Source: Candidatus Amesbacteria bacterium
GTDB lineage: Bacteria > Patescibacteriota > Microgenomatia > CAZETR01 > Amesbacteraceae
Length of the DNA: 64,000 bases
Reading direction: 5' to 3'
NCBI GenBank assembly: GCA_963736875.1
Contig: CAVTQH010000002.1
Location: 199,927-263,926 of the forward strand
Of the stretch, positions 50,097-60,500 are shown piece after piece (positions within the stretch are counted from its first letter, which is position 1; each line of letters opens with the position of its first letter). The notes beneath the pieces were generated by a model, which did no database searches, was not told the DNA's origin, and saw only the letters and a program-made list of their open reading frames with translations. Made by a program: the position numbers and the translations under genes.

Positions 50097-51818
50097 TTAT
50101 GTTAGTAGATTTTTTAGATTCATAACATACTGATCTTCAAATGAATAACTATACTTTTTAGCCAAACTCCAGAATGAATCTTTAATATCTTGCTCATTGC
50201 GAATCAATTTTCTAGCTTCTGATAAGGAGGTAATAATATTACCCCTTGCCCTTGATGCCACCCTACTCAAATTAGTTGGTATCGTTGTTCTTAGTTTCCA
50301 GCTTTTAACGTCCCATATTAAATTAATACATGAATCAAGGTGGGTTTCATATTCACCAAACAGATCCTCGACCGCAAATCCATCAGGTAGAGTAATTATA
50401 TAAAGGTTACTTTTGGAATTAGGTATTAAATATTTTTTAAATCCATTGCTTAATTGAGGATCACCAACGATATATTTACTATACACATCTTTTCCTTTAT
50501 CGCTATCAACAATAAAGTATGCCTTCTTTTGTACAAGATCGGGTATATTTAATAAAACATCTATTGTTCTAGTTATTTGAGCTACACCTTCAAAACAGTT
50601 GGTAATTTTAATACCAACCTGTTCGTAAACATCCTTTGTTTCAGCTCTTTTATCTTCAATAAATGTTAGTAATTTGTCCTGAGAGGTATAGAAATATACA
50701 TAAAAGTTAGAATCTCCCATTAATTTCCCAATTTCAACTACTTCCTCCTTTGTCCATAATTTCATCTTTTTGTTTTTAACAACCACATGCTCTTTTAATA
50801 GACACCACTCTATGTTATCACCCCCTAAATTACTTGAGGCTAATATTATTGGGGAGTGTGTAGAAACGACCATTTGGATGTTCTTCAGCCAAGCTTGTGA
50901 ATTAAGTTCTTGAGAGAACTTGACCATTAAATCACCATGGAGAAAGGATTCTGGTTCTTCCAACAACCATATTGGGTGATATTCTCCTCTGTGAAGTGAC
51001 CTATCACTATCAAGTAAATAATGTGTTTGATATAAGATGGTTGATTGAGCTCCCGTTCCATGTGAGGTAAGCTCAATTTCTGGAAGTGTTTGTTGCCCTT
51101 TAAAACTTATATCAGAGATTTCAACAATTTCTTTAATATTTTTAGGAAGGTCAAGAGCTGCTTCACTTCCAGGCCACATAGTTTGCAGGCTTTTAGTTAA
51201 TGAGGATGAAAGGTACGATCTGGCTTGTCTACGAAATTCCTCCCACTTTTTTTGTAACTCATTAATACCTATAGATAAATTTGGGTTTCTACCCCAATTC
51301 GCTAATAACCTTTGTCTTAATTTTTCTTGCGCATTCTTAAGTAGATCTCTACCTTCTTGGGGGTGAATGTATGTCACCCTTACGCTCATTAACAACTTTT
51401 TAACATCTGGGTCAATATCGTCGAATGAATCATAAACATAACCTAAAAAGGTATATGAAAACGAAACTTTCCTTGATGATGGTAAAAATGTGATTATTTT
51501 CTTAATATCCGCCTTCTTATTCTTGAACAACCTTATCAGGCGATTTCTTAAAACATTACTAGTTAATTCTTCTAAATTAAATGTTATTGAGATCTCAGCA
51601 TGGTTATACCCTGCCTTTTTTGCTAGGTAGGTGGTTCTGTTTAGAAAAGTTTCATCTTGATATAACGAATCGTTAAAAAAGAAGTTTAAAGCATTTAAAA
51701 TCGCCGTTTTCCCTGCATTATTTATCCCTATTAAATAAGTTCCTTGGGATAAATTTATTTGAGTCTTTGACCGAAAGCACTTAAAGTTTTCTATTTCAAG
51801 CGAATTAATTAAACTCAT
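50097..51818 (-). CDS. OLD-family ATP-dependent nuclease (ABC ATPase + TOPRIM-like)
   Basis: Walker A GINNAGKT, signature HGTGAQS, Walker B LLEEPESFLH and H-loop STHSP. C-terminal FIED...IVDSD...VEDLF. Confidence 0.75.
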   Translation of the reverse strand: MSLINSLEIENFKCFRSKTQINLSQGTYLIGINNAGKTAILNALNFFFNDSLYQDETFLNRTTYLAKKAGYNHAEISITFNLEELTSNVLRNRLIRLFKNKKADIKKIITFLPSSRKVSFSYTFLGYVYDSFDDIDPDVKKLLMSVRVTYIHPQEGRDLLKNAQEKLRQRLLANWGRNPNLSIGINELQKKWEEFRRQARSYLSSSLTKSLQTMWPGSEAALDLPKNIKEIVEISDISFKGQQTLPEIELTSHGTGAQSTILYQTHYLLDSDRSLHRGEYHPIWLLEEPESFLHGDLMVKFSQELNSQAWLKNIQMVVSTHSPIILASSNLGGDNIEWCLLKEHVVVKNKKMKLWTKEEVVEIGKLMGDSNFYVYFYTSQDKLLTFIEDKRAETKDVYEQVGIKITNCFEGVAQITRTIDVLLNIPDLVQKKAYFIVDSDKGKDVYSKYIVGDPQLSNGFKKYLIPNSKSNLYIITLPDGFAVEDLFGEYETHLDSCINLIWDVKSWKLRTTIPTNLSRVASRARGNIITSLSEARKLIRNEQDIKDSFWSLAKKYSYSFEDQYVMNLKNLLT

Positions 51819-51870
51819 ATGTTTTTTAAATAGCGGTTATGGCCTTAAAATAGCCTTAAATTTCTTAATG

Positions 51871-52479
51871 TCAAGCTATTCTAGTACCAGTATTTACTCC
51901 GCCGTGGTGGGAGCAGGTACCAGAGCGATGTTGACTAAAACTATACGTACCATCACCACACTTTGCAGTTGCCCCCACCGGAGGAGAATTGTAATAAGTA
52001 GGTGACTGTACTTTGTTTCCGTCTACATTTATATAGTAATCTGGGCTAGATTGAGTTTGGGGAGCTATTGTTGGAACTGGTTTAAATGTTGGTCTTGGAG
52101 TCGGCTTAAGAGTGGGGGTCAATGTTGGTGTTGGAGTTGGAGCTACAGTTAGGACCGGGGAAATAATTTCACTGGCTGGACTCAAGATTTCTACTCCCCC
52201 AATTTGTCCCTCAACTTTCGGCGACTCTGTTTTTATTTGGATGTTTGATCGTGGAACAGTGGAAACGTCTACTGGGATTTTTGGACTTGACCAAAACGAT
52301 GTTGAAATCAACGCCAATAAACACAAAGCCGCGATCGACCCAATTTTTACTTTATGCTTCCAGTTATTTCTGAAAATGACATAAGCAAAGAAAAAAGGCC
52401 AGAAAATGATTGCCAAAAGTAGTTTCCACCAAGTTTTATACCAGGGTCGTGGGGCAGACACGTCCGATTGGACGGTCAT
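51871..52479 (-). CDS. DUF3761 domain membrane protein with PT linker
   Basis: YINVDG..V.SP, ATAKCGDGTYSFSQHRSGTCSHHGGV, TM helices and PTPT repeats. Confidence 0.85.
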   Translation of the reverse strand: MTVQSDVSAPRPWYKTWWKLLLAIIFWPFFFAYVIFRNNWKHKVKIGSIAALCLLALISTSFWSSPKIPVDVSTVPRSNIQIKTESPKVEGQIGGVEILSPASEIISPVLTVAPTPTPTLTPTLKPTPRPTFKPVPTIAPQTQSSPDYYINVDGNKVQSPTYYNSPPVGATAKCGDGTYSFSQHRSGTCSHHGGVNTGTRIA

Positions 52480-52532
52480 TAGCCTGGATGTTAGTTCCAA
52501 GATGACCTATAGTCAAGTTTTACCGGGCGTGA

Positions 52533-53226
52533 TCACATTATTTTAGACGACTTTTCAAGGTTGTGTTTCATACATAGCAACCTCACATTTTTTAGCAGTA
52601 AGACTTGTGCCACCTCTTGAATATGGTAAATCATGATCGAAATGTAGGTTCTGATTTGACTTACATATTACACATTTTCCTTGATCTCTTTTCCAAACCT
52701 CCTTTTTTACTTCCGATGGGATTAGTCTAGTATGAGAAAGTTGTACTTTCTGAATATCTCCCGAGATAGATTGGTTACCTGATAGTTTTAAAATAAAACG
52801 GAATACATTTCTATTACTATTGTTTTTCACTGTGTAATCAATAAGTTCGAAGTATCCCTTTGATGACCAAACTCCATTCATTATTTTTTCATAAACTTTC
52901 ACAATCTCAGGGTTGGCATCTTTTTCCTTGTATCCTTTTACTGCACGAATAAATAATCCATTCTGTGTTAATTTCCCTGAAGGTAATATTTCTGGCTGAT
53001 CGTCTAATTTTGGATTATGTCATATGCTTTTTTAGATATATCGTGTCCTTCGTATTCTATCGGTAATTCCATCGGAATATATTTTATCTTTATATGGGGC
53101 ATTTGATCTTTGGGACATCAAAATTAAAGAGTAACGAGGATTTAGTCGGTAATTCATTCCTCGTTGAAGAGTTTGAACATTTTCTAAATCACACATTTCC
53201 CTGTAAGAAAATATTTGATCAAGCAC
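52533..53226 (-). CDS. HNH endonuclease with SRA-like N-terminal domain, frameshifted
   Basis: N-terminal LQRGMNYR...PYKD...EYEGHD. C-terminal VWKRDQGKCVIC...HFDHDLPYSRGG..NVRLLC..HN. Joined across shifts near 53030-53060 and 52585. Confidence 0.75.
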
Positions 53227-53268
53227 AGGTCAATTCCTTTTTAAACATAATTTGTATTTATTGGCTAT

Positions 53269-54382
53269 TTAATTTACACTCTCCCCAAAAGAAAGCAATT
53301 GATTTGGGTCGAAAATATTATTTCCTCTTATTGATTCGTCTATTTCTCTTATTTTTTTATAACCTAAGAATTTAATAGCCTCGTTTAATTTTAAACACGG
53401 ATTGGAAAACGTTGGCCTTTTTAGCTCATCAAACACTTTCCTTTTTCTTTCTTCGGAAGAGACAATAAAAAGTGGGTAACTTGAATTTGGGTTTCCTGAC
53501 TCTTAAATCTGATAACCTCAATATTCCTGAGTAAATCGAAGTCGTATGTTCAATTTCGAAGGCTGATTTAATTGAATATGGTCCATATTTCCATACAACA
53601 TCAATATTTTTAATTGTCGGAGGTACATCAAGTGATTCATGAAATTCTGATAATACGTGTTCTTTAAATCTATTACCTTGAAAGGACTTTCCTTGGTCGT
53701 TAGAGGGAACCCATATGTCAAATTTTGCCAATTCACCTAGCCTTATTAACCTCCATTGTATCTCAACATGTTCAGTAGTCGATTGTTCAATGTGTTCGTC
53801 AAGTTCTGTTATTGCCTTTGTTTGTTGTGGTATTTCTCTGATTTTTTCTCCCTTTTCTATTGTCTTTAGTGTACCTAATAAATCCCCATATCTGCTTAAG
53901 AAATATTTAGTTGCATCTTCATTTATCATTGTTAATCCTTGTGGAGAATAATTCTCCTTATATCCAAATAGTGGATTAATTTTTGATAGCGGTACCGAGA
54001 CTCTCTCTTCGTTAAGAATAAAATATATTAATTCCCAAGTTTCGCCCTCTGGAGTTTCATGCCAAAAATACTTAGCTAATTCTTTGCTTCTGACTTTAGC
54101 CGCTATCTCGCCAACAAATCTTATGTAACCATTATTATAAATAAGTACTACGTCTCCAGACTCCATTTTTTCCCATCGAGTTTCATTTAAAGGTCCTGGA
54201 ACAGCTCCCCAGACAATAAAGGGTAAGTTATGGTAGATATTTTCTAGATTACTGATCTCTTTTTGTGGAAGATAATTTCTTATTTCGTTAAGATTTCTTT
54301 TGTTTTGAATTGTATCCTCAAAATGACGTTGAGCCTCGTAGTTACCACCAGCAACTACAATAAATACTTTTCTAATCTTCAT
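53269..54382 (-). CDS. EVE/PUA-like domain + PD-(D/E)xK restriction-endonuclease-like protein, frameshift near 53495
   Basis: WG.......WEKMESGDVVLIY in the N-domain, then IDVVW...AFEIEHTTSIYSGILRLSDL. Continues as PLFIVSSEERKRKVFDELKRPTF to TAA 53269. Confidence 0.7.
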
Positions 54383-54384
54383 AT

Positions 54385-54732
54385 TTAAAGCTGATTATAC
54401 TTTGTGTGTTTACCCTTTGTCTTTTCAATAGGGTACCTTAGATTGTTCTTTGCTATTTTCTTATCAAGAGCTGCCAATATATCAATATTTAAATCATTAC
54501 TCATAAGTAATACCCAATACAACACGTCAGCTAATTCTTCGCCTATTTCATTTTTATGATTCTTAACATGTTCTTCGATCTCTTCTTTGTTCTTCCATTG
54601 GAAGTGTTCCATTACTTCTGCTGCTTCTAGAATCAGAGATAGAGATGCATCTTTAGGATTATGAAACTGCTTCCAATCCCTAGCATTCCGGAAATTGATA
54701 ATTCTCTGAGTTAAACTTTTTATTGTTTTCAC
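54385..54732 (-). CDS. MazG-like nucleotide pyrophosphohydrolase (dCTPase/DCTPP1-like)
   Basis: FRNARDWKQFHNPKD...EAAEVMEHFQW...EELADV...KN..RYP. GTG start at 54732. Confidence 0.9.
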   Translation of the reverse strand: MKTIKSLTQRIINFRNARDWKQFHNPKDASLSLILEAAEVMEHFQWKNKEEIEEHVKNHKNEIGEELADVLYWVLLMSNDLNIDILAALDKKIAKNNLRYPIEKTKGKHTKYNQL

Positions 54733-54791
54733 TTTTAGCCTGATTTTACTCCTTTTTTCCCTTTTTTCGCGGATTTGATAGGATATAGATA

Positions 54792-55436
54792 GTGAAATTA
54801 ATAAGCGTACGGAAATTGGGATTTTATAAAAGCAAGTTCTTTGTCTTTTTCGCATCTGCTTCTATTTTGGTAGTGCTGTTGTTTGTATTAAATAATTTAT
54901 TTATTTCCCTGGCTGGAACCTTACTTTTCATAGTACTTTTTAAAAAATACAAACCCTATGAAAAAGGTTTGTTGGGTGAAACGGACATCAGCGATGAATT
55001 GAGGAAACTTCCACCTGAATACCATTTCTTTTCCGATATAGAAACTGACCGGAGTAAGGCCAATATTGATAAAGTGCTTATCGGACCAACCGGGGTATGG
55101 GTAATAGAAGTTAAAAATATGCAGGGTAAGTTTACTTTTGATGGCCAGAAACTGTTAAAAAATGGTTATCCGATGCCAAAAGATATCCTTAGCCAAACCT
55201 GGAAGGAATCCTATACCATCCGCGATTTAATCAAAGAAAGATTAAATTTTGGTGTTACTGTCCAGCCAGTACTGGTTTTTTCCAGTTCCAAGGCATACTT
55301 TAAGTTTGGAATGAATAAGGTGAAGGGGATTTATATTATCGGGAAGAAATGGTTGAACCAGTTAGTGAATGAAAAAACAACCCAACCTCTAGACCCCCAA
55401 ACCATCGATAAGATTTCAGCTATCTTCAAATTTTAA
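54792..55436 (+). CDS. NERD (nuclease-related domain) protein with N-terminal TMs
   Basis: G..GE, NIDKVLIGPTGVWVIEVKN and VQPVLVF motifs. Confidence 0.85.
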   Translation: MKLISVRKLGFYKSKFFVFFASASILVVLLFVLNNLFISLAGTLLFIVLFKKYKPYEKGLLGETDISDELRKLPPEYHFFSDIETDRSKANIDKVLIGPTGVWVIEVKNMQGKFTFDGQKLLKNGYPMPKDILSQTWKESYTIRDLIKERLNFGVTVQPVLVFSSSKAYFKFGMNKVKGIYIIGKKWLNQLVNEKTTQPLDPQTIDKISAIFKF

Positions 55437-55444
55437 ACCTCAAA

Positions 55445-55509
55445 GCGTGAGCACGGATTTATGCCTGCCGAATTACAGTACTCTGTCATCCCGAATCTGC
55501 GCGGTCCGG
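55445..55509 (+). repeat. Dispersed repeat, right-arm-only copy at island edge
   Basis: 55445-55496 matches 63088-63139 at 48 of 52 positions (counted by eye). Confidence 0.8.
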
Positions 55510-55535
55510 GCCGGTCCGGTGCCGGGAGTACTGAT

Positions 55536-55886
55536 TTATTTTTTGTCCAAAAAAGCAGCCATTGCGGAAACCACCCGCGCTTGCCAATCCAGAATATGGG
55601 CTTCCTGTATCTGCTCCCCTTCGGTGGTAATTGAAGTAACTGATTTTTTAACTACTTCCGCTTCCCAGTCCACCTCCCGCAAATCGTCCATTGGTCCTCT
55701 TGACGGGGGCATTTCCGTATTGCGCTTCTGGAACATGTACAGATTCGGGCATTCAACTTCATAAGTCTTGGCTGTTTTACCGTCGTCCGCAAATTGTTCC
55801 CTGGCCATTTCCGCCAATTTTCCCAAGGCAAAGCATTTACGCTCTATTCCTACCACCGGGCACCCTTCACATCTTACTACCGGCAT
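55536..55886 (-). CDS. Cys-motif hypothetical protein
   Basis: CEGC-x8-C...CP pattern; TAAAAT 6 nt upstream. Confidence 0.65.
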   Translation of the reverse strand: MPVVRCEGCPVVGIERKCFALGKLAEMAREQFADDGKTAKTYEVECPNLYMFQKRNTEMPPSRGPMDDLREVDWEAEVVKKSVTSITTEGEQIQEAHILDWQARVVSAMAAFLDKK

Positions 55887-55895
55887 ATCCGCATT

Positions 55896-56072
55896 TTACT
55901 CCTCGTTAAATCTTGGTGTGGAAGGGCACCGGCCGGCGGATCCGCAGGTACCGTCATTTTTTACCAAAGTGCAGGCGGGATCAACCGGGCACTTCGGCTT
56001 TAACTCTTTAACTTTATCTGCATCTTTTCCGCTTGGTTGGATTTGTGGCTTGGTTTCGGTCTTTACTGCCAT
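55896..56072 (-). CDS. Small Cys-rich protein (58 aa, absent from ORF track)
   Basis: Manual translation MAVKTETKPQIQPSGKDADKVKELKPKCPVDPACTLVKNDGTCGSAGRCPSTPRFNEE; TATAAT 6 nt upstream. Confidence 0.6.
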   Translation of the reverse strand: MAVKTETKPQIQPSGKDADKVKELKPKCPVDPACTLVKNDGTCGSAGRCPSTPRFNEE

Positions 56073-56135
56073 TTGCGGATTATAGGATAAGTTGTTCGTG
56101 ATGTAAACAGTTTTGCGTCTCCGGGGGTGCGGGGT

Positions 56136-57476
56136 TTAATTTACGGGGATGGTGGAAGGAATGTAATAGACATTGCCCGTCAGCTGTCCGTTTAAGACGT
56201 TGGCCGATGAATCGGTGGTGTCGGAATCAAAATGATAAAGCATCATGGTATCGGCATCGGGGGTAAACGGCAGTTTGGAAGGAGTGAAATTTCCGGTGTA
56301 TCTGGCGGTATCGGAAACCCTCACTTCATCGATGACTCCCTGGAAGAAATCATAAAACGGCAGGTTTTTATCAAACAACCCGGCTCCGATGTGCAGACTC
56401 CGGCCGTTATTGCAGACAATCATGCCTACGTTGTAGGAATTTAATTTGACTCCGTTTTCGTAAATATGCAGGTTGCCGTTTTGTAAAACCCCGGCGACAT
56501 GTTTCCAGGAATTAAACTCTCCCGGGGTAACTGTGATGTAATTGCAGATGTTCCAGGGGTTCCAGTTACAGTTACCGGAATAAACCACCGTTTGGTTGCA
56601 GCCGTTGTTCGAACTTTGGACATCAAAGTAATAAATATACGAAACATTTGCTCCGTTGGGTATGGCATCCATTGATAGCCGGTAAGTATTATCGACAATG
56701 CGGTATCCGTAGCCGGCTTTTGCCGGGGCAATCGGCTTTATCCAGGCCTCAACCGTAACATTATCAGTCGGCAGATTCATCTTGGAAGAATACGGCACTT
56801 CCATATACTGCAGCACCGGGGTGTAAGACGGCGGGTTAAGGCCGGCAACTTTGCCTCCGAAAACCGCGGCTTCGCCCCAGGGGTAAGCCGGGGTGGGAGT
56901 GGGTGCCGGAGTGGAAGTGGGTGCCGGAGTCGGGGTGGGAACAATTAAACAGTCTTCTGATTTCATTAAAGGCCGGCACCAATAGCAGTCAGGGGAAATA
57001 ATATGGGTACCGGGACAGCCGGGATCATTGACTCCGAATTTATTGTATCTGGTTTCGGCATCAAGATTTTCGGTCTTGGATTTGGGGTTATAGCACAGAA
57101 CCGCCGAATTACCGCACCTGGTAATATGGATTTCTTTAAGTTCCGGCGTGGAAAGATATATTTCTTCAAATTTCGGGTCCTTGATCAGTTCGTGGATGCA
57201 GTCGGGAATATCCGTCAGAGGAACACCTGCGTTTAATTCATTCCGGCAGTCGGGATTCACATCCCAGGGGAGTTTTTTATGACTGCTGTAATACCCGATA
57301 GCGGAATTAATCACATCCTTGATTACGACTTTGGAACTGGCATCCGCGGCCTTGGAAATCTGTTCGGCGGGATTAACGGCAAAAAGAACCGTGGACAAAA
57401 TGACTGTCAGAATACCCATGACCATTAAAAGCTCAATCAGGGTAAAACCGGTGGCAATTTTATACCTCGTAACCAC
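56136..57476 (-). CDS. Type IV pilin-like protein with PT linker and C-terminal LamG/concanavalin-like domain
   Basis: Prepilin site G|FTLIEL, PTPTPAPT linker, and TVEAWIKP, WKHVAGV, FQGVIDEVRVS motifs. Confidence 0.88.
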   Translation of the reverse strand: MVTRYKIATGFTLIELLMVMGILTVILSTVLFAVNPAEQISKAADASSKVVIKDVINSAIGYYSSHKKLPWDVNPDCRNELNAGVPLTDIPDCIHELIKDPKFEEIYLSTPELKEIHITRCGNSAVLCYNPKSKTENLDAETRYNKFGVNDPGCPGTHIISPDCYWCRPLMKSEDCLIVPTPTPAPTSTPAPTPTPAYPWGEAAVFGGKVAGLNPPSYTPVLQYMEVPYSSKMNLPTDNVTVEAWIKPIAPAKAGYGYRIVDNTYRLSMDAIPNGANVSYIYYFDVQSSNNGCNQTVVYSGNCNWNPWNICNYITVTPGEFNSWKHVAGVLQNGNLHIYENGVKLNSYNVGMIVCNNGRSLHIGAGLFDKNLPFYDFFQGVIDEVRVSDTARYTGNFTPSKLPFTPDADTMMLYHFDSDTTDSSANVLNGQLTGNVYYIPSTIPVN

Positions 57477-57559
57477 TTTGATTAATTATAGATGAAGGAA
57501 GTACTTATTTGCTTCCTGGCAACCAAATCCGGATAGTGATACTATTAATAGTAGGATTT

Positions 57560-60500
57560 ATGAAAAGTGAATATTCTGCTTTGGCAGAGCTTCTGATAGC
57601 AAAAGGAGTATCCGATACGGAAACTGTGTCCCGGATAAAAGATGCGGTTCTGGAAAAATTCCGCGACGAATATCCCAAAAGCCCCGCGGACGCTGCGGTC
57701 CTGGTCAATGAAAAGTCCGGTGATGTGATGATTTTTTCGGGTAACGAAAACATCACCCCGCCGAAATTCGGGGAAAAAGCCGCAGCCGTTGCCCGGCAGG
57801 TAATGATCGAAATACTGGCCCAGGCGGAAGGAAGCGGGAAGGGAAAAGCCAAACCTGTAACGGGGAGTCAGGTTCCGGGCCCCTGGACTTCAATCTTGGC
57901 CAACCTTTTTTTCTGGGGATACAACATCTATTTTGCCTTATTTAACCTGGGGCTGGTGTTTTCATTTTTCACCCCCGGATCCCTGACCGCCTTTATAGAT
58001 AACCTGAAAAATCTGGGAATTTTTAAACTGTTTTTTGCCCTGATCCTTATAGCTACCCCTTTGGCTTCCATGTACCTTACTCTCAGAAGAAAACTTTATA
58101 CCGCCCCCGGACGGCTTTTAAGGCTGTTTTTCCTGTTTGAACTGCCGGTGGTATTTGCGTGCCTTCTGCCCCTTGCTATGCTGGGGCAGACCACGCCGTT
58201 TTCAATTCTGTTTTCCCTGGCGGTTCTGGCCCTGCCGGGAATAATTTACCTGTACACCGCGGATATCAAATTTTCCGGCATTTGGCTGAAGGCCGTCTTC
58301 TTTATCCAGGAATTTGTGTTTATTATTGCGGCTTATTTGGGCCTGTTGCTGGCTTTTGTCGTCCCGGTAATTCTGGGAGGAGCCGCCAAATCGCTTTTTG
58401 ATTTCGGTCACTATTCATACGGTTACGGTTATTCCGTGTTTCAGCCTGAAATGGTAATCGGATTTTTCCTTAGTATGGGTTTAAACACCATCATCATGCT
58501 TCTGATTACGGGAGTGCTTTCCCTCCCATATCTGATACTGATGTTTTTAGGCAGAGCGGTTAATAAAACCCGCGCCGTTTTAACAGAGGTTTTGGGTAAA
58601 GAGCAGCTCTTTACCCTGGAAGCTGTTTTTGCAGTAATTATTCTCACTCTGGGAGCAATTTCAGCCTACCAACCGACAGGAAGTAAACTTCTGGATCCTT
58701 TAAGAAATATTTCCACGAGCACCACTTTTGAAGCCAAAGAGCAGATTGCCAAAGACCTGACACCGCAGGAGAAAAAACTAAAAACCCTGGTCGCTAACAT
58801 CAGCCGGGCCAGGAGCCGCTACCTGACGACCAAGGATGACAAAACAATACAACGTGCATATGAAGATGTTTTTGATATGAATGATACTTTAGCCGGAGCG
58901 GTGAACAGCATGTTCCTGACAGCAGCCTACCCGCTGGTTTACCAGGGAGAAAGCCGGGACAGTTATCAGCTCGGGCAGAATTTCTATTACATTTTCGGGT
59001 ATTCTCCTTTCGAAAGCACTGCCAAAACCAAAACTTCCATTGCCCCCGTCCCGGCATCTGCCAATAATGTGCTTTTAAACTACCGCAAAGTTACGGTCAC
59101 CCCGGACAGCGGCGGACTGACGGCCAAAATTGCCATTGAGGAGGAATACACCAATTCAACGAGCCAGCAGCAGGAAGTGCTATACGAATTTACTCTGCCC
59201 CGGGGAGCGGTCATGACCGGCCTGAAACTGGGACCGGATCTGGAATTTGAGGGCATCATTGCCCCCAAAGGCGCCGCCCAGAAAACTTACGAACAGCAGC
59301 TGCAGGTTCGAAGGGACCCGGCTTTATTGGAAGAAACCGGACCGCGGCAATACCGCCTGAGAGTATTTCCTGTCCCGGCCAAAAATGATTACGCCACTCT
59401 CAAAGGCCGGCGGCAAAAAGTCAGATTTGAATATGCCGCAGCGGCCACCCCGGAGGGCTTCCCTCTTCCGGAAATCACCCGCAAAACCAATGTCTATACC
59501 ACGGGAGCCAGCCAGATAATGCTTGTCACCGATCAGGGCAATAAACCGCTCTCGGAAAAAGATACTTATATCCCCCTGACCACTCTGGCCAAAGCGGATT
59601 TTTGTCAGGGCACGGGTGCTGCAGCCGGGACAATGACGGATCTTCTGGCCAACCAGCAGGATTTTAAATCCGTGGTCTGTGCCGACCCGGGAGGATTGCT
59701 GGGGAGTATTTCCGGATTAAAAATTGCCGTATTTTACGACGTCTCGGCGGAAAACAGAACCAAAAACCAGGAAGCGCAATTAAAGATTCTCGGTGAAAGC
59801 AAAAAATTCCTGACCAACAATAAAGTTGACCTTTACAAGTACAGCGATTTGCCGGGACAGGCGGTCGGCCTGACGGCTGATAATTTTGCCGAAGAGTCCA
59901 AGGTTACGTACTTCGGGAAAAGCAATGCTCTGGCGGCTTTGAACACTTTCAGCCAAAAATATGACCTGGTGCTGATCCTTACAGGCAATGCCGCATTTGC
60001 CCAGACGGAAATCCTGCCGTTTGCGTATCCGACGCAGGTATATCTTGTGCATCCGCAATTGCCGCCCGCCTACACCATGAAACTGGCATCCAAACTGCTG
60101 CAAACCGGCGGTGACGCCACCGGTTCTCTATCGGAAGCTCTGAAACTGTATGTGCTGAACCGGGCTATGGAAAGCAAATACGCAAAAGGCGGATACCTGG
60201 TCAACGATTATGTCGGGGCGACTTTCCCCGTTCAGGGAACGGACTCGCTTTTGGGAGTGGATAAAAACGGGGGAGCCGCGGCCGCTCTGGTAAACAAGGG
60301 TATCTACAGGACATCCCTGACCGGAAAACTGGGCGACATTTCGGGAGACGTCAGTATTCTGGATAAACTGCATGCATTTGCCCGGGAAGCCCAAATAGTT
60401 ACCGTCTATTCTTCACTCATTTCCCTCGTGAACGCCCAGCAGCTGCAGACACTGGAACAACTGCAGCAGCAGTACAACCGGTACGAAGACCGGACTTTGA

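Larger units (their letters stand above)
49550..55444. mobile_element. AT-rich defence-like genomic island (no integrase seen)
   Basis: Abrupt compositional shift with loss of the CCGG-rich host signature, nuclease-rich cargo, and a repeat half-copy at the right edge. Confidence 0.65.

Noticed and set aside
56885-56940. Short tandem repeats (also 52070-52145)
   Set aside because: They encode Pro/Thr linkers within proteins and are not independent elements.
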